DNA of 64,000 nucleotides from Candidatus Poribacteria bacterium (GTDB taxonomy: Bacteria > Poribacteria > WGA-4E > WGA-3G). The notes below the pieces were generated by a model. It was not told where the DNA came from and made no database searches. It was given only the letters and a program-made list of their open reading frames with translations. The first letter of the stretch is position 1; each line of letters begins with the position of its first letter. The position numbers and the translations under genes are program-made. Of the stretch, positions 47,726-57,364 are shown in pieces. The stretch is taken from assembly GCA_965262955.1 (NCBI GenBank), contig CBDHGE010000001.1, forward strand, positions 3,875,295-3,939,294, read 5' to 3'.

Positions 47726-47880
47726 TATATTAACTAACAATTGGTAAATAGGATTCCATCTTAAGGTGTGATTGCGTTTGCAGCGCATGTTTATTAGATG
47801 GAATTTACACAATTAATCTCTGCTCCCTACTTCTGTTATAATAGTAGTGGAGCCAACAGTCCAAAGAGAGGCATGAAAAT

Positions 47881-48306
47881 TTGAATCCTTACGAACTCTT
47901 ACTTATCATCACCCCTGATTATGATGAGAGCGAAGCAGAAGCTCTTACTGATCAGGTAAAGGGCATTATTGAAGGTGGCGGAACTCTCCTGAAAGTTGAC
48001 CCTTGGGGAAGAAAAAGGCTCGCCTATCCGATCCGGAAACGTAATGAAGGTTATTATGTGCTCTATATCTTTGAGAGCGCACCGAGTTTTGTCGCTGAAT
48101 TAAACCAATCGCTACGTGTCATTGAAACGATTCTGCGTTACATGATTGTTCAATACGAAGACGATATCAATAAATTGAAAGCCGATCTCGCTGCTGAGAC
48201 GGGACAATCGGGGTCCGGTGATGAAGCGAAAACAGCTCCCGATGATGCAGAGCAGGCCACACCCGGTGATGGTGAAGAATCTGAAAACACAGCAATATCT
48301 GATTAA
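47881..48306 (+). CDS. rpsF: 30S ribosomal protein S6
   Basis: TTG start after AGAGAGG. The N-terminus YELLLIITPDY is typical of S6, an acidic C-terminal tail is present, and it is followed by ssb and rpsR. Confidence 0.9.
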   Translation: MNPYELLLIITPDYDESEAEALTDQVKGIIEGGGTLLKVDPWGRKRLAYPIRKRNEGYYVLYIFESAPSFVAELNQSLRVIETILRYMIVQYEDDINKLKADLAAETGQSGSGDEAKTAPDDAEQATPGDGEESENTAISD

Positions 48307-48404
48307 AGTGAGCATCATCCAGATTATAAAAAACCAGTTTTTGGCTTTTATAGTAAACGCTAAAAATATGTGGACATGATAGGGGTTGATACTTCACCGT
48401 CGCT

Positions 48405-48426
48405 GGCGAGGTATCCTTACCTCGCC
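48405..48426. repeat. Perfect 9-bp hairpin GGCGAGGTA-TCCT-TACCTCGCC between rpsF and ssb
   Basis: Read directly from the sequence. It shares the GAGG/CCTC stem core with 49404-49429 and 12275-12298. Confidence 0.75.
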
Positions 48427-48499
48427 AATGTAAAGGTAATTCTGGGTTTTACTATAAGTGATGTTAAAAAGTTATATGAACGTATGAAGAGGAGAAACC

Positions 48500-48973
48500 A
48501 TGGCAAGTTACAACAAGGTCATCCTGATGGGGAATCTTACTCGCGACCCCGAAATGAGATATATTCCAAGTGGGACTGCTGTTACGAATTTTGGACTCGC
48601 TATGAACGAGCGGTATACTGATCGGCAGACAGGTGAGCAAAAAGAGTCTCCTTGTTTTGTTGAGATAACTGCTTGGGGTAGACAAGCGGAAATTGTAAAC
48701 GAGTACCTCACTAAAGGCAGCCCCGTTTTCTTGGAAGGGGCTCTCAAGTTTGATTCTTGGGAGGCAGAGGATGGGTCCAAGCGTAACAGGCTATCTGTTA
48801 CGGCATTTCGGATTCAATTGATTGGTGGACGACGCGATGGTGATGAGATGGGCGGCGGTTACGCCGATGCAGAACCCGCGGCAGCACCTACACAATCTGC
48901 CCCATATCAAGACGCACCCGCTCCCGAGGCAAGTGGGGCAGCTTCCTCAACAGATGATGACATACCGTTTTAA
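48500..48973 (+). CDS. ssb: Single-stranded DNA-binding protein
   Basis: N-terminus MASYNKVILMGNLTRDPEMRY, a G/P/A-rich linker and the C-terminal acidic tip DDDIPF. Confidence 0.95.
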   Translation: MASYNKVILMGNLTRDPEMRYIPSGTAVTNFGLAMNERYTDRQTGEQKESPCFVEITAWGRQAEIVNEYLTKGSPVFLEGALKFDSWEAEDGSKRNRLSVTAFRIQLIGGRRDGDEMGGGYADAEPAAAPTQSAPYQDAPAPEASGAASSTDDDIPF

Positions 48974-49123
48974 GTAGGATGATATTCATGGGAGAGTTGT
49001 TATTATGAAAGGGCTCTTCCTCGTATCCTTTTAGCATTTCCTCCGTTATGGAGGGCATACGAACGTCCAGCGCGTCAAGGTACATTGGCGCGCAACAGAA
49101 TTAAAAAGAAGGAACAGAATTAT

Positions 49124-49324
49124 ATGGCATTCCGTCGGAGGCAGCGCTTTCACAAAATTGAATCTTTTGACTACAAAGATGTAGATACGCTGCAAAAGTT
49201 TATTAACGAACGTGGAAAGATTGTGAGTCGTCGAGTCACTGGACTATCAGCGAAGCAACAGCGAATGGTAACACGCGCTGTGAAACGCGCACGTAATATG
49301 GCATTATTGCCGTTTACACAATAG
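49124..49324 (+). CDS. rpsR: 30S ribosomal protein S18
   Basis: The sequence is [33 protein letters not shown]...LSAKQQR. AAGGAA lies upstream of ATG 49124, and the track start 49085 is an upstream TTG. Confidence 0.93.
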   Translation: MAFRRRQRFHKIESFDYKDVDTLQKFINERGKIVSRRVTGLSAKQQRMVTRAVKRARNMALLPFTQ

Positions 49325-49403
49325 CAGTAAATTTCAGACGTAAGACTTGGGCTTCCTATAGAAATGACATAGGATTGAATTATAGAATAAATCTCGACTC
49401 TCG

Positions 49404-49429
49404 GTAGGTGAGGTTTCTAACCTCGCTGG
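49404..49429 (+). repeat. Small GTAGG-headed REP-like hairpin GTAGGTGAGGTTTCTAACCTCGCTGG
   Basis: It has the same loop and architecture as 286-310, with compensatory stem changes (GAGGTT/AACCTC). It lies between rpsR and rplI. Confidence 0.7.
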
Positions 49430-49471
49430 ATATTGAACTCATGTTATACGAGATGATATAGGATTTCAATT

Positions 49472-49918
49472 ATGGAAGTGATTTTAAAGGAAAATGTTGA
49501 AGGACTTGGTGTGCCAGGCGATGTGCTGAGTGTTGCTGATGGCTACGCACGGAATTACCTCTTGCCGATGCAATTAGCGGTACATGCAACAGAGCGAAAC
49601 CGTCGCCATTTTGAGCACCAAAAACGAGTGATTGATCATCAAGAATCGAAGAATAGAGAATGGGCACGTGAAATCGCAGCACAGATTGCTGGTGTTACAT
49701 GCACACTGAGTCGGCGCGCTGGTGAAAATGATCGACTTTTCGGCTCTGTCACCTCTACAGATGTTGCTGAGGCTTTAAGGGCTGAAGGTCTTGAGTTGGA
49801 AAGACGTTTCTTTGAACTCGCAGAGCCAATTCGTGAACTCGGTGTGTTCATGGTGCCGATTAAATTGCATACTGATGTCCATGCTGAACTGCGGGTAGTT
49901 GTTGAACGTGAAGAATAA
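49472..49918 (+). CDS. rplI: 50S ribosomal protein L9
   Basis: N-terminus MEVILKENVEGLGVPGDVLSVADGYARNYLLP, 148 aa. Confidence 0.95.
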   Translation: MEVILKENVEGLGVPGDVLSVADGYARNYLLPMQLAVHATERNRRHFEHQKRVIDHQESKNREWAREIAAQIAGVTCTLSRRAGENDRLFGSVTSTDVAEALRAEGLELERRFFELAEPIRELGVFMVPIKLHTDVHAELRVVVEREE

Positions 49919-49920
49919 CC

Positions 49921-51255
49921 ATGCAGACACAGGCGGTTGAATCTCTTTCTGACAAGGAGGCTGAACAAGCTGTACTCGGTGCAATGATGACCGAGAAATC
50001 GGTCATTCCTCGTGTAATCGCCTTACTTGGACATACCTCTGAGGCGTTCTTCACGACCGACCATCAGTTGATTTATACAGCAATCCTTGCCGTATATGAG
50101 CGCGTTAGCAACGCCGACCCGCTCCTTGTCGCCGATGAGCTGAAACGGACAAATCAGATTAATCGGACAGGTGGTGCAAGTTATCTATACGAACTGCAGG
50201 CACCGATTGTAGAGACGGAGAGTACGGAGTTCTATGCGGATATACTTTATGAGAAGGCGACGCGCCGACAGTTGATTCAAGCGGGTTCTGAAATCCGTGA
50301 TATCGCCAAGGATGAAAGCATAGAGCTCTCAGAAATCCTCAATCAGGCGCAGGAAGCCGTCTTTGAGCTCGGTCAAGACAAAGCGCAACGTGGATTTCAC
50401 CCTATCCAGCCGCTGGTCTCAGATAGTATAGATGCTATAGAAAAACTCTACCACAAATCCGACCGGTTTTTAGGTGTGCCGACCGGTTTTATGGATTTTG
50501 ATCACATGACATCGGGGCTGCAACCCGGCAACTTTATCATCATCGCCGCGCGACCGAGTATGGGAAAAACGACCTTGGTGTTGAATATGGCACAGAACAT
50601 CGCACTTGAGCAAGAACGACCAGTTGCCATTTTTAGCCTTGAGATGCCAGCACAGGATATCGTCATGCGGATGTTATCCGCGGAATCCCACATCGATTTT
50701 GGACGACTCCGAACTGGTAATTTCAGCGAGGACTATTGGCGACCATTAACCGAGGCAGCTGGCAGGCTCGCTGAAGCACCTATCCTCATTAACGACAACC
50801 GCGGTCTTACTGTTCAGAGTCTGCGCGCCGAAGGACGCCGGCTAAAAGGCGAACACAGCAACCTCGCACTTATTATTGTTGATTACCTGCAACTTCTCAG
50901 GGGTACTGGTAGATACAACGCTCGCGAACAAGAAATTTCTGAAATCTCGCGTGCCTTGAAAATCCTTGCTTGGGAACTTGATGTGCCAATTATTGCCTGT
51001 TCCCAATTGAGTCGTGAAGTAGAGCGCCGTCCCGACAAACAACCGCAGCTTTCCGATTTACGCGAGTCCGGGGCAATTGAACAGGATGCTGACCTCGTTG
51101 CCTTTTTATACCGAGAAGATTATTATCAAGATGAAGAAGAGCCTGATGATCGGGTTGAAGCACATCTGCTGATTAAGAAACAACGTAACGGGGCGACCGG
51201 ACCAGTTATGCTCTATTTTACCAAAAAACAGATGCGATTTGAAAATCTAAGTTAG
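49921..51255 (+). CDS. dnaB: Replicative DNA helicase DnaB
   Basis: 444-aa ORF with Walker A ARPSMGKTT and the motifs IIVDYLQL and SQLSREVE. The normal length argues against an intein. Confidence 0.95.
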   Translation: MQTQAVESLSDKEAEQAVLGAMMTEKSVIPRVIALLGHTSEAFFTTDHQLIYTAILAVYERVSNADPLLVADELKRTNQINRTGGASYLYELQAPIVETESTEFYADILYEKATRRQLIQAGSEIRDIAKDESIELSEILNQAQEAVFELGQDKAQRGFHPIQPLVSDSIDAIEKLYHKSDRFLGVPTGFMDFDHMTSGLQPGNFIIIAARPSMGKTTLVLNMAQNIALEQERPVAIFSLEMPAQDIVMRMLSAESHIDFGRLRTGNFSEDYWRPLTEAAGRLAEAPILINDNRGLTVQSLRAEGRRLKGEHSNLALIIVDYLQLLRGTGRYNAREQEISEISRALKILAWELDVPIIACSQLSREVERRPDKQPQLSDLRESGAIEQDADLVAFLYREDYYQDEEEPDDRVEAHLLIKKQRNGATGPVMLYFTKKQMRFENLS

Positions 51256-51264
51256 ACAAAAGAT

Positions 51265-52089
51265 ATGAATCAACAATCCACTATACATGAATCCTCCAGT
51301 GGATTTTATCATTTAATTAAAATTCGGTTGCACCATGTGCTTTCCGAGGTGGGGAAAGCCTTTACCTTATTTTTTCAAACGCTTGTTCAAATTTTTCGTC
51401 CTCCATTTCAATTCGATCTCCTCGTTAAGCAGCTATTGTTAATAGGCTTCAATTCTTTGGCTGTGGTTATCGTCTCTGGTTTTTTCACTGGAATGGTCTT
51501 GGGTGTTCAAGGCTATATTCAGCTTAAGCCGTATGCTGTAGAAGGCTCAGTTGCACGGTTCGTCTGTGTTTCAGTGGTAAAAGAGCTTGGTCCGATGATT
51601 ACAGCGTTTGTGCTTGCAGGGCGAATCGGTGCATCAATTACCGCTGAGCTTTCAACCATGAAAGTTACAGAGCAAATTGACGCACTTGAGGTGATGGGGA
51701 CGAATCCGATCAAATATTTGGTTGTGCCTCGATTTCTTGCTTGTTCCTTTATGCTACCAACGCTCACTATCTTTTCAACGTTTGCGGGTATCGCAGGTGG
51801 GTTTATTGCCGTTGTGACGTTGTTTGATGTAAATGGCTCCTTTTTTCTTTTGGAGGTTCAGAAAAATCTTTTTGTCGGAAGTGTACTGATTAGTTTAATT
51901 AAAGCAACTTCCTTTGGGATGGCGATCGCAGCGGTCGGATGTTACAAAGGCTTTAGTATCTCTTCAGCTGGCGGGGCAGAGGGCGTTGGTATCGCTACAA
52001 CTGGCTCTGCTGTAATCTCGCTCATCGCTATTCTCGTTTTAGATTTTGTCTTGAATCATGTCCTCTTTAATATTTTGGGTTTGATGTAG
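51265..52089 (+). CDS. mlaE: MlaE/YrbE-type ABC transporter permease
   Basis: 274-aa multi-TM ORF with the conserved TEQIDALEVMG motif. Confidence 0.88.
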   Translation: MNQQSTIHESSSGFYHLIKIRLHHVLSEVGKAFTLFFQTLVQIFRPPFQFDLLVKQLLLIGFNSLAVVIVSGFFTGMVLGVQGYIQLKPYAVEGSVARFVCVSVVKELGPMITAFVLAGRIGASITAELSTMKVTEQIDALEVMGTNPIKYLVVPRFLACSFMLPTLTIFSTFAGIAGGFIAVVTLFDVNGSFFLLEVQKNLFVGSVLISLIKATSFGMAIAAVGCYKGFSISSAGGAEGVGIATTGSAVISLIAILVLDFVLNHVLFNILGLM

Positions 52090-52197
52090 CCTCAGCGGAT
52101 TCAGAACCTGGTTTGTATGACTGTGTGTATGCCCGAAAAAATAATACTTACTGGTACTTATTTGTCCTCATCCTATTCTTAAAGCAGGTCCAGCGGT

Positions 52198-52977
52198 ATG
52201 ATTTCAGTTAAGAATATCACTAAAAACTTTGGGGGAAAAAACGTTTTAGACGGGTTGAGCCTTGAGATACCGCGTGGTGAAACACTCGTAATTATGGGAC
52301 AAAGTGGTTCTGGAAAAAGTGTCTTGCTCAAGATCATTACTGGACTACTTCCCGCCGATTCGGGCGAAATTTGGTTTGATGGGACAGAAATCTCGCACCT
52401 TGGAACCAAAGAAATGAACCGCATCCGTCGGAAGATTGGGATGCTTTTCCAATCCGCTGCACTGTTTGATTCAATGACTGTTGCGGAGAATGTCGCTTTT
52501 ATGCTTGATCAGCATACGAACCTTAGTAAACGAGAAATGAGTGAGATCGTTAATGAGAAGTTGAGTCTTGTTGATTTAGATGGAGTCCAAGAACTTCGCC
52601 CTGCTGAATTGAGTGGTGGTATGCGAAAACGCGTCGGACTCGCACGTGCATTGGCGTTCAATCCAGAAGTTATTTTCTACGATGAACCGACAACCGGGCT
52701 TGATCCAGTTACATGCACTGAGATCAATCAACTCATCATAGATCTGCACGAGAAATTGAGTGTCACTTCTGTTGTAGTGACGCATGATATGCATAGTGCC
52801 TTTAGTGTAGCGACTCGCATGGCTATGATTCATGAGGGTAAACAGATCGCATACGGAACCCCGGAGGATATTATCAACATTGACAATCCAATTCTGCAGC
52901 AATTCGTGCTATTCGGAGCACCAGATCAGATTCTTAACATGGAAAATCCGATTTTAAGAGAGTACTTGGGGAGATAA
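52198..52977 (+). CDS. mlaF: MlaF-type ABC transporter ATP-binding protein
   Basis: Walker A GQSGSGKS, signature LSGGMRKR and Walker B IFYDEPTTGLD. Confidence 0.9.
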   Translation: MISVKNITKNFGGKNVLDGLSLEIPRGETLVIMGQSGSGKSVLLKIITGLLPADSGEIWFDGTEISHLGTKEMNRIRRKIGMLFQSAALFDSMTVAENVAFMLDQHTNLSKREMSEIVNEKLSLVDLDGVQELRPAELSGGMRKRVGLARALAFNPEVIFYDEPTTGLDPVTCTEINQLIIDLHEKLSVTSVVVTHDMHSAFSVATRMAMIHEGKQIAYGTPEDIINIDNPILQQFVLFGAPDQILNMENPILREYLGR

Positions 52978-52978
52978 C

Positions 52979-54541
52979 ATGAATTTTTGGACAGCGTCTG
53001 TGAAAGTCGGCGTGATGATTCTAATCGCGATTGTATTTCTCACCATCCTCCTCACAAATGCTGAGAATTGGCCATGGTCAACTGCTGGTGATGAGTTGAC
53101 ATTCCAATTCCGCTCTGTTAATGGACTCTATGTAGGGGCAGGTGTTTATTTGTCTGGTGTGCCAATCGGCAAAGTAACCAGCATTGAGCTCCAACCCGAG
53201 ACGAATGACGTCCGTATCCAAGCGAAAGTCAAGAATGCCTTTAAATGGTTAAGAGAAGGTTGTGGTGCGAGCATTTCTATGAACGGGTTCGTCGGTGAAA
53301 TTTACATCGCTCTTGATAATGGTCCGATAGGGAATCCAGTTCTAAAACCAGCCGACCTGCCTATTGTCGGGAGAGATCCCGTTAACGCATTGGAACTCCT
53401 CGAACAGACGAGTGATGGTATGACCCAAGCCATTGAACTTACAACTGCTGCCAATGAGGTGCTACAGGCTAATCAAGAAGCTATCCAACTTGCTATCAAA
53501 GAAATTCGGGAAGTTGTTTCATTGACTGGCAAAACTATTGAAAAATTAAGCATTGATTCTGAGGAAACAGTTAAGACGTTGACGAATCTTGCGCTTGAAA
53601 ATGACAAACGTTTTCAGCAAACACTCATTAAAGTAAATAACCTTATCGCGCAGTTGGAAGGCGATTCTCTCATGGTAAGTAGCCAAGTGAGTGATATTAC
53701 CAGCGAGCTCTTAAGACTAATTAACCACAACTCTCCGAAACTAAACACCATTTTGACGGATGTGAGGGTAAGCACATCACAATTCCGACAGATCACAGAG
53801 GATTTTCGCACAGACTTTAATATCCTGACTTCTGAGGTTTCCGCTCTCGTTTCGCAAGGTAGTGAGGCTATAAAAACGGGGGAGTCCAGCGTTACGCCAA
53901 TCTTGGAAGACCTACGATTGGCAACTGATGCCTTCTCAAGGCTTGAGGAAAACATCAATCGCCTCTTTGCGACTGTTAACGAAGGAGATGGCACGATTGC
54001 GCAATTGCTCAACACACCAGAGCCGCTTGAGGACGCCCGACGGACCTTGAGAAATGTTGATGAGACAATGGCAACTGTGACGAGACTTTCCCAACAAACT
54101 GAAGAGGGCTTGAAGCGTTTTGACTTACCACAGGTTGGTTGGGATTATGAACTTCGTTATTTAAGTCTTGAAGAACGTCTCCATAATGAATTGGCATTTT
54201 TGCTGTCCCCGGATCCGAAGTCTCATTACAGATTGGGTATAGGTGTTCGAGATGAAAACATTCGGTTTGAATTTCAGTATGGATACAATGTGACAGACTT
54301 TTTCCGAGCACGCGCCGGTTTCATGCGCTCCAAAGTTGGTGTAGGATTAGATCTCTGGCTATTTTCCCAACGCTTAGGTATTGGCTTAGAAGGAGTTGGA
54401 TTAACGAGTGGGCAGCCGGAGTTGAACACAGAATTGGCACTGCGCTTTTTTCAGTATGGACAGTTCCTACTTGGTGTAGAAAACGTAACAGGCGAACGAC
54501 GTTGGACCACGGGATTTCGCTTTTTCGCCAGTGGGTGGTAG
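52979..54541 (+). CDS. MCE-domain protein (MlaD-like) with a long helical region and a beta-rich C-terminal domain
   Basis: 520-aa ORF. It has an N-terminal TM helix, an MCE domain (FRSVNGLYVGAGVYLSGVPIGKVTSIEL...) and about 230 aa of helix-prone sequence. The last roughly 130 aa alternate hydrophobic residues and end ...GFRFFASGW. Confidence 0.8.
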   Translation: MNFWTASVKVGVMILIAIVFLTILLTNAENWPWSTAGDELTFQFRSVNGLYVGAGVYLSGVPIGKVTSIELQPETNDVRIQAKVKNAFKWLREGCGASISMNGFVGEIYIALDNGPIGNPVLKPADLPIVGRDPVNALELLEQTSDGMTQAIELTTAANEVLQANQEAIQLAIKEIREVVSLTGKTIEKLSIDSEETVKTLTNLALENDKRFQQTLIKVNNLIAQLEGDSLMVSSQVSDITSELLRLINHNSPKLNTILTDVRVSTSQFRQITEDFRTDFNILTSEVSALVSQGSEAIKTGESSVTPILEDLRLATDAFSRLEENINRLFATVNEGDGTIAQLLNTPEPLEDARRTLRNVDETMATVTRLSQQTEEGLKRFDLPQVGWDYELRYLSLEERLHNELAFLLSPDPKSHYRLGIGVRDENIRFEFQYGYNVTDFFRARAGFMRSKVGVGLDLWLFSQRLGIGLEGVGLTSGQPELNTELALRFFQYGQFLLGVENVTGERRWTTGFRFFASGW

Positions 54542-54606
54542 TGTAATAGTGGATAACTTTTGTAGCTGAAAGTTCTATCTATAAATGATGATTGGTAACA
54601 TTAGAA

Positions 54607-55968
54607 ATGGCACGAGAGAAGCGCAGATTTGTCTGTCAAGAGTGTGGATATACAACGCCAAGGGCACTCGGACGGTGCCCAACATGTCAAAGTTGGCAGA
54701 GTTTCGCCGAAGAGATAGAGGAACTTACTACATCCGCGAAACACCGTGGTATGGGACAAGTATCTCGTGAACCTGAGCCAATTTCGCAGATTACGGCAAG
54801 CGAGGTAGAACGTCACTTAACGGGAATGGCGGAGTTCGACAGGGTCCTCGGTGGCGGAATTGTACCGGGTTCTGTGGTTCTTATCGGAGGCGATCCGGGA
54901 ATAGGTAAGTCCACGCTCCTGTTACAAGCAAGCGATGCGTTAAGTCGAAACTATGGAGACATCCTTTATGTTTCTGGTGAGGAATCCGTTAGTCAGACAA
55001 AACTACGAGCAACTCGTCTTGGTGTTACCTCAGATACGCTTTATGTGCTGTGTGAAAATAACTTGGAGCAGATTGAAAAGCGTATTGAGGCACTTAAACC
55101 GAAGGTCGTCATTGTTGATTCTATCCAAGCCGTCTATTTGTCGAGTATTCAATCTGCACCTGGAAGTGTCACTCAAATTCGGGAGTGTACGGGACGCCTC
55201 TTAATTTTTGCGAAGAATCGGAATGTGCCAGTATTTCTCGTCGGGCATGTCACAAAGGATGGCACACTCGCAGGACCTCGTGTTTTAGAACATATGGTGG
55301 ATACAGTCCTCTACTTTGAAGGAGAACAGCACCATATCTACCGTGTCCTACGAGCAATTAAAAATCGGTTTGGTTCAACAAACGAAATCGGAATCTTTGA
55401 AATGCAAAACAGAGGGCTTGTGGATGTAATGAACCCTTCTGAGCTCTTTTTGAGCAACAGAGGAGAAGAGGTTGCAGGATCTATTGTCGTTTCAAGCATG
55501 GAAGGCACCCGCCCGTTGCTCATGGAGGTCCAGGCACTCGTTGTACCCACCAATTACGGGAATCCGCGTAACACAGCAACTGGTGTTGATCGGCATCGTA
55601 TCGCACTGCTCATTGCTGTCCTCAATAAGCGAGTAGGTATTGATGTTGGCGGAGCTGATGTTTTTGTTAACATTACTGGTGGATTGCGTATTGCCGAACC
55701 CGGCATTGATCTCGGGGTGTTAATGGCAATAGCCTCAAGTTATCGCGAGATTCCTGTGGATCGGCAGACCGTTATGATTGGAGAGGTTGGGCTCGGCGGC
55801 GAGATTAGACCTGTGACGCATGTCGAGAGACGGATTCGAGAGGCAGCAAAGTTAGGTTTCCAGCGCGCAATTTTCCCTGAATATAATCGTAAAGGTTTGA
55901 ACATTGATGAGAACATTACGTTAGTGGGGGTTAAGGACGTATATGATAGCCTAAATGCTTTGCTGTGA
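54607..55968 (+). CDS. radA: DNA repair protein RadA/Sms
   Basis: N-terminal zinc finger FVCQECGY...CPTCQSW, Walker A GGDPGIGKST, a KNRFG motif and a Lon-like C-terminus. ATG 54607 is preferred over TTG 54592. Confidence 0.95.
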   Translation: MAREKRRFVCQECGYTTPRALGRCPTCQSWQSFAEEIEELTTSAKHRGMGQVSREPEPISQITASEVERHLTGMAEFDRVLGGGIVPGSVVLIGGDPGIGKSTLLLQASDALSRNYGDILYVSGEESVSQTKLRATRLGVTSDTLYVLCENNLEQIEKRIEALKPKVVIVDSIQAVYLSSIQSAPGSVTQIRECTGRLLIFAKNRNVPVFLVGHVTKDGTLAGPRVLEHMVDTVLYFEGEQHHIYRVLRAIKNRFGSTNEIGIFEMQNRGLVDVMNPSELFLSNRGEEVAGSIVVSSMEGTRPLLMEVQALVVPTNYGNPRNTATGVDRHRIALLIAVLNKRVGIDVGGADVFVNITGGLRIAEPGIDLGVLMAIASSYREIPVDRQTVMIGEVGLGGEIRPVTHVERRIREAAKLGFQRAIFPEYNRKGLNIDENITLVGVKDVYDSLNALL

Positions 55969-56332
55969 TACTATTAAATAACCCAAGTTGTTGTCTTGTG
56001 TACTGTTTCCACTTGACTTATTTTTTGTACTACGCTATTTTAACCATGTTAGGACATCATAACGTTAATTAATCATATTATACATACAATTATCCTAACA
56101 GGGTTTTAGCGATTCAATTCGCAATTTTTGCTTAGTTGCAATTTAAGCTGTAAATCAAGCTTATAATCGTAATATCTGAACATAGTCGTTTAGAGTTGGT
56201 ATACTTACAAAGTGTGTTCGTATAACAGGAGCAGATGCGTGGAACCGAGGAATCTTGTAGGCGCGCCTGAAGACCGCATTTACAAGGGGCTGGATTCTTT
56301 TTCCCTTTATCAAAACACGCACAGTACAAAAA

Positions 56333-57364
56333 ATGAAAATTTGGAGCATACGTCTTGCTTTTATAGTAGCAAGTACAGTGGCTTGCTATGTTGTTTATGA
56401 TGGCAACTGGTTCGCTGTGCTTACTGCGCTTGTCGTAGCACTGCTGTTGGTAGGCGCAGAGTACTGCTTCCACTTACCCAACATCCGTGGCATTGTAGCA
56501 AGTTTAATAGGGGTATCTGTCGGTTTGTTAGTTTCCTTTGGGGTCTTGGCGCTTTTTTCACAACCTCACCGTGGCTTGTCTATAGTACTTGTCCTCGGCT
56601 TCGGTTATCTCGGTATGATGAGCGGCTACTATCTCTCTACAACGTTGAGTTTAACGGGGTTGATGAGGTCTGATACGGCTGTTCGATCTGGCGAATCGCG
56701 CACAGTTCAATCTACAAGTAACTTCAAAATTTTAGACACAAGTGTTATCATTGATGGCAGAATTCTTGAAATCTGTCAGACTAAATTTATCGAAGGAACA
56801 CTCGTTATTCCAAGATTTGTTCTGAATGAGCTGCAACGTATTGCGGATTCAACAGATTCGCTTCGTCGAAATAAAGGACGACGCGGTTTTGATATCCTCC
56901 GGGCACTTCAAAATAATCCTGCAATTGTTGTTGACATTACAGAAGAGGATGTACCACATCTTACGGAAGTTGATGCAAAGTTAGTGCATCTTGCGCAAGA
57001 GCGAGACGCTACAATTGTAACCAACGATTTAAACCTGAACAAAGTCGCAGAATTACAAAGTGTAAAAGTTCTCAATATCAATGAATTGTCAAATGCAGTC
57101 CGTCCCGTGGTTATTGCTGGTGAGGTGATTCAGGTATTTCTCCTTAAAGAAGGTAAGGAACCGAATCAAGGAGTTGGCTATCTTGATGACGGCACTATGG
57201 TGATCGTTGAAGATGGGAAACCATATATCGGTAAGGCACTTAACGTTGAGGTTACACAGATGCTAAGGACAAGTGCGGGTCAGATGATTTTTACCCGTAT
57301 AAAAGCAGATGAAATGGACGTTGATGAAGAGCCAGGTTTGCACCCTTATGCCCGCAGCTGGTAA
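56333..57364 (+). CDS. PIN/TRAM domain membrane protein (YacL-like)
   Basis: 343-aa ORF with N-terminal TM helices, a PIN domain (ILDTSVIIDGRI...VTNDLNL) and a TRAM-like C-terminus. The position between radA and ispD matches Bacillus yacL. Confidence 0.85.
   Translation: MKIWSIRLAFIVASTVACYVVYDGNWFAVLTALVVALLLVGAEYCFHLPNIRGIVASLIGVSVGLLVSFGVLALFSQPHRGLSIVLVLGFGYLGMMSGYYLSTTLSLTGLMRSDTAVRSGESRTVQSTSNFKILDTSVIIDGRILEICQTKFIEGTLVIPRFVLNELQRIADSTDSLRRNKGRRGFDILRALQNNPAIVVDITEEDVPHLTEVDAKLVHLAQERDATIVTNDLNLNKVAELQSVKVLNINELSNAVRPVVIAGEVIQVFLLKEGKEPNQGVGYLDDGTMVIVEDGKPYIGKALNVEVTQMLRTSAGQMIFTRIKADEMDVDEEPGLHPYARSW

Noticed and set aside
49921-51255. Intein in DnaB
   Set aside because: The 444-aa length is standard, and the Walker A to C-terminal motifs are contiguous.
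56132-56473. 113-aa minus-strand ORF in the radA/yacL gap
   Set aside because: It is Cys/Tyr/Lys-rich and low-complexity, overlaps the start of the plus-strand PIN/TRAM gene, and has no RBS.
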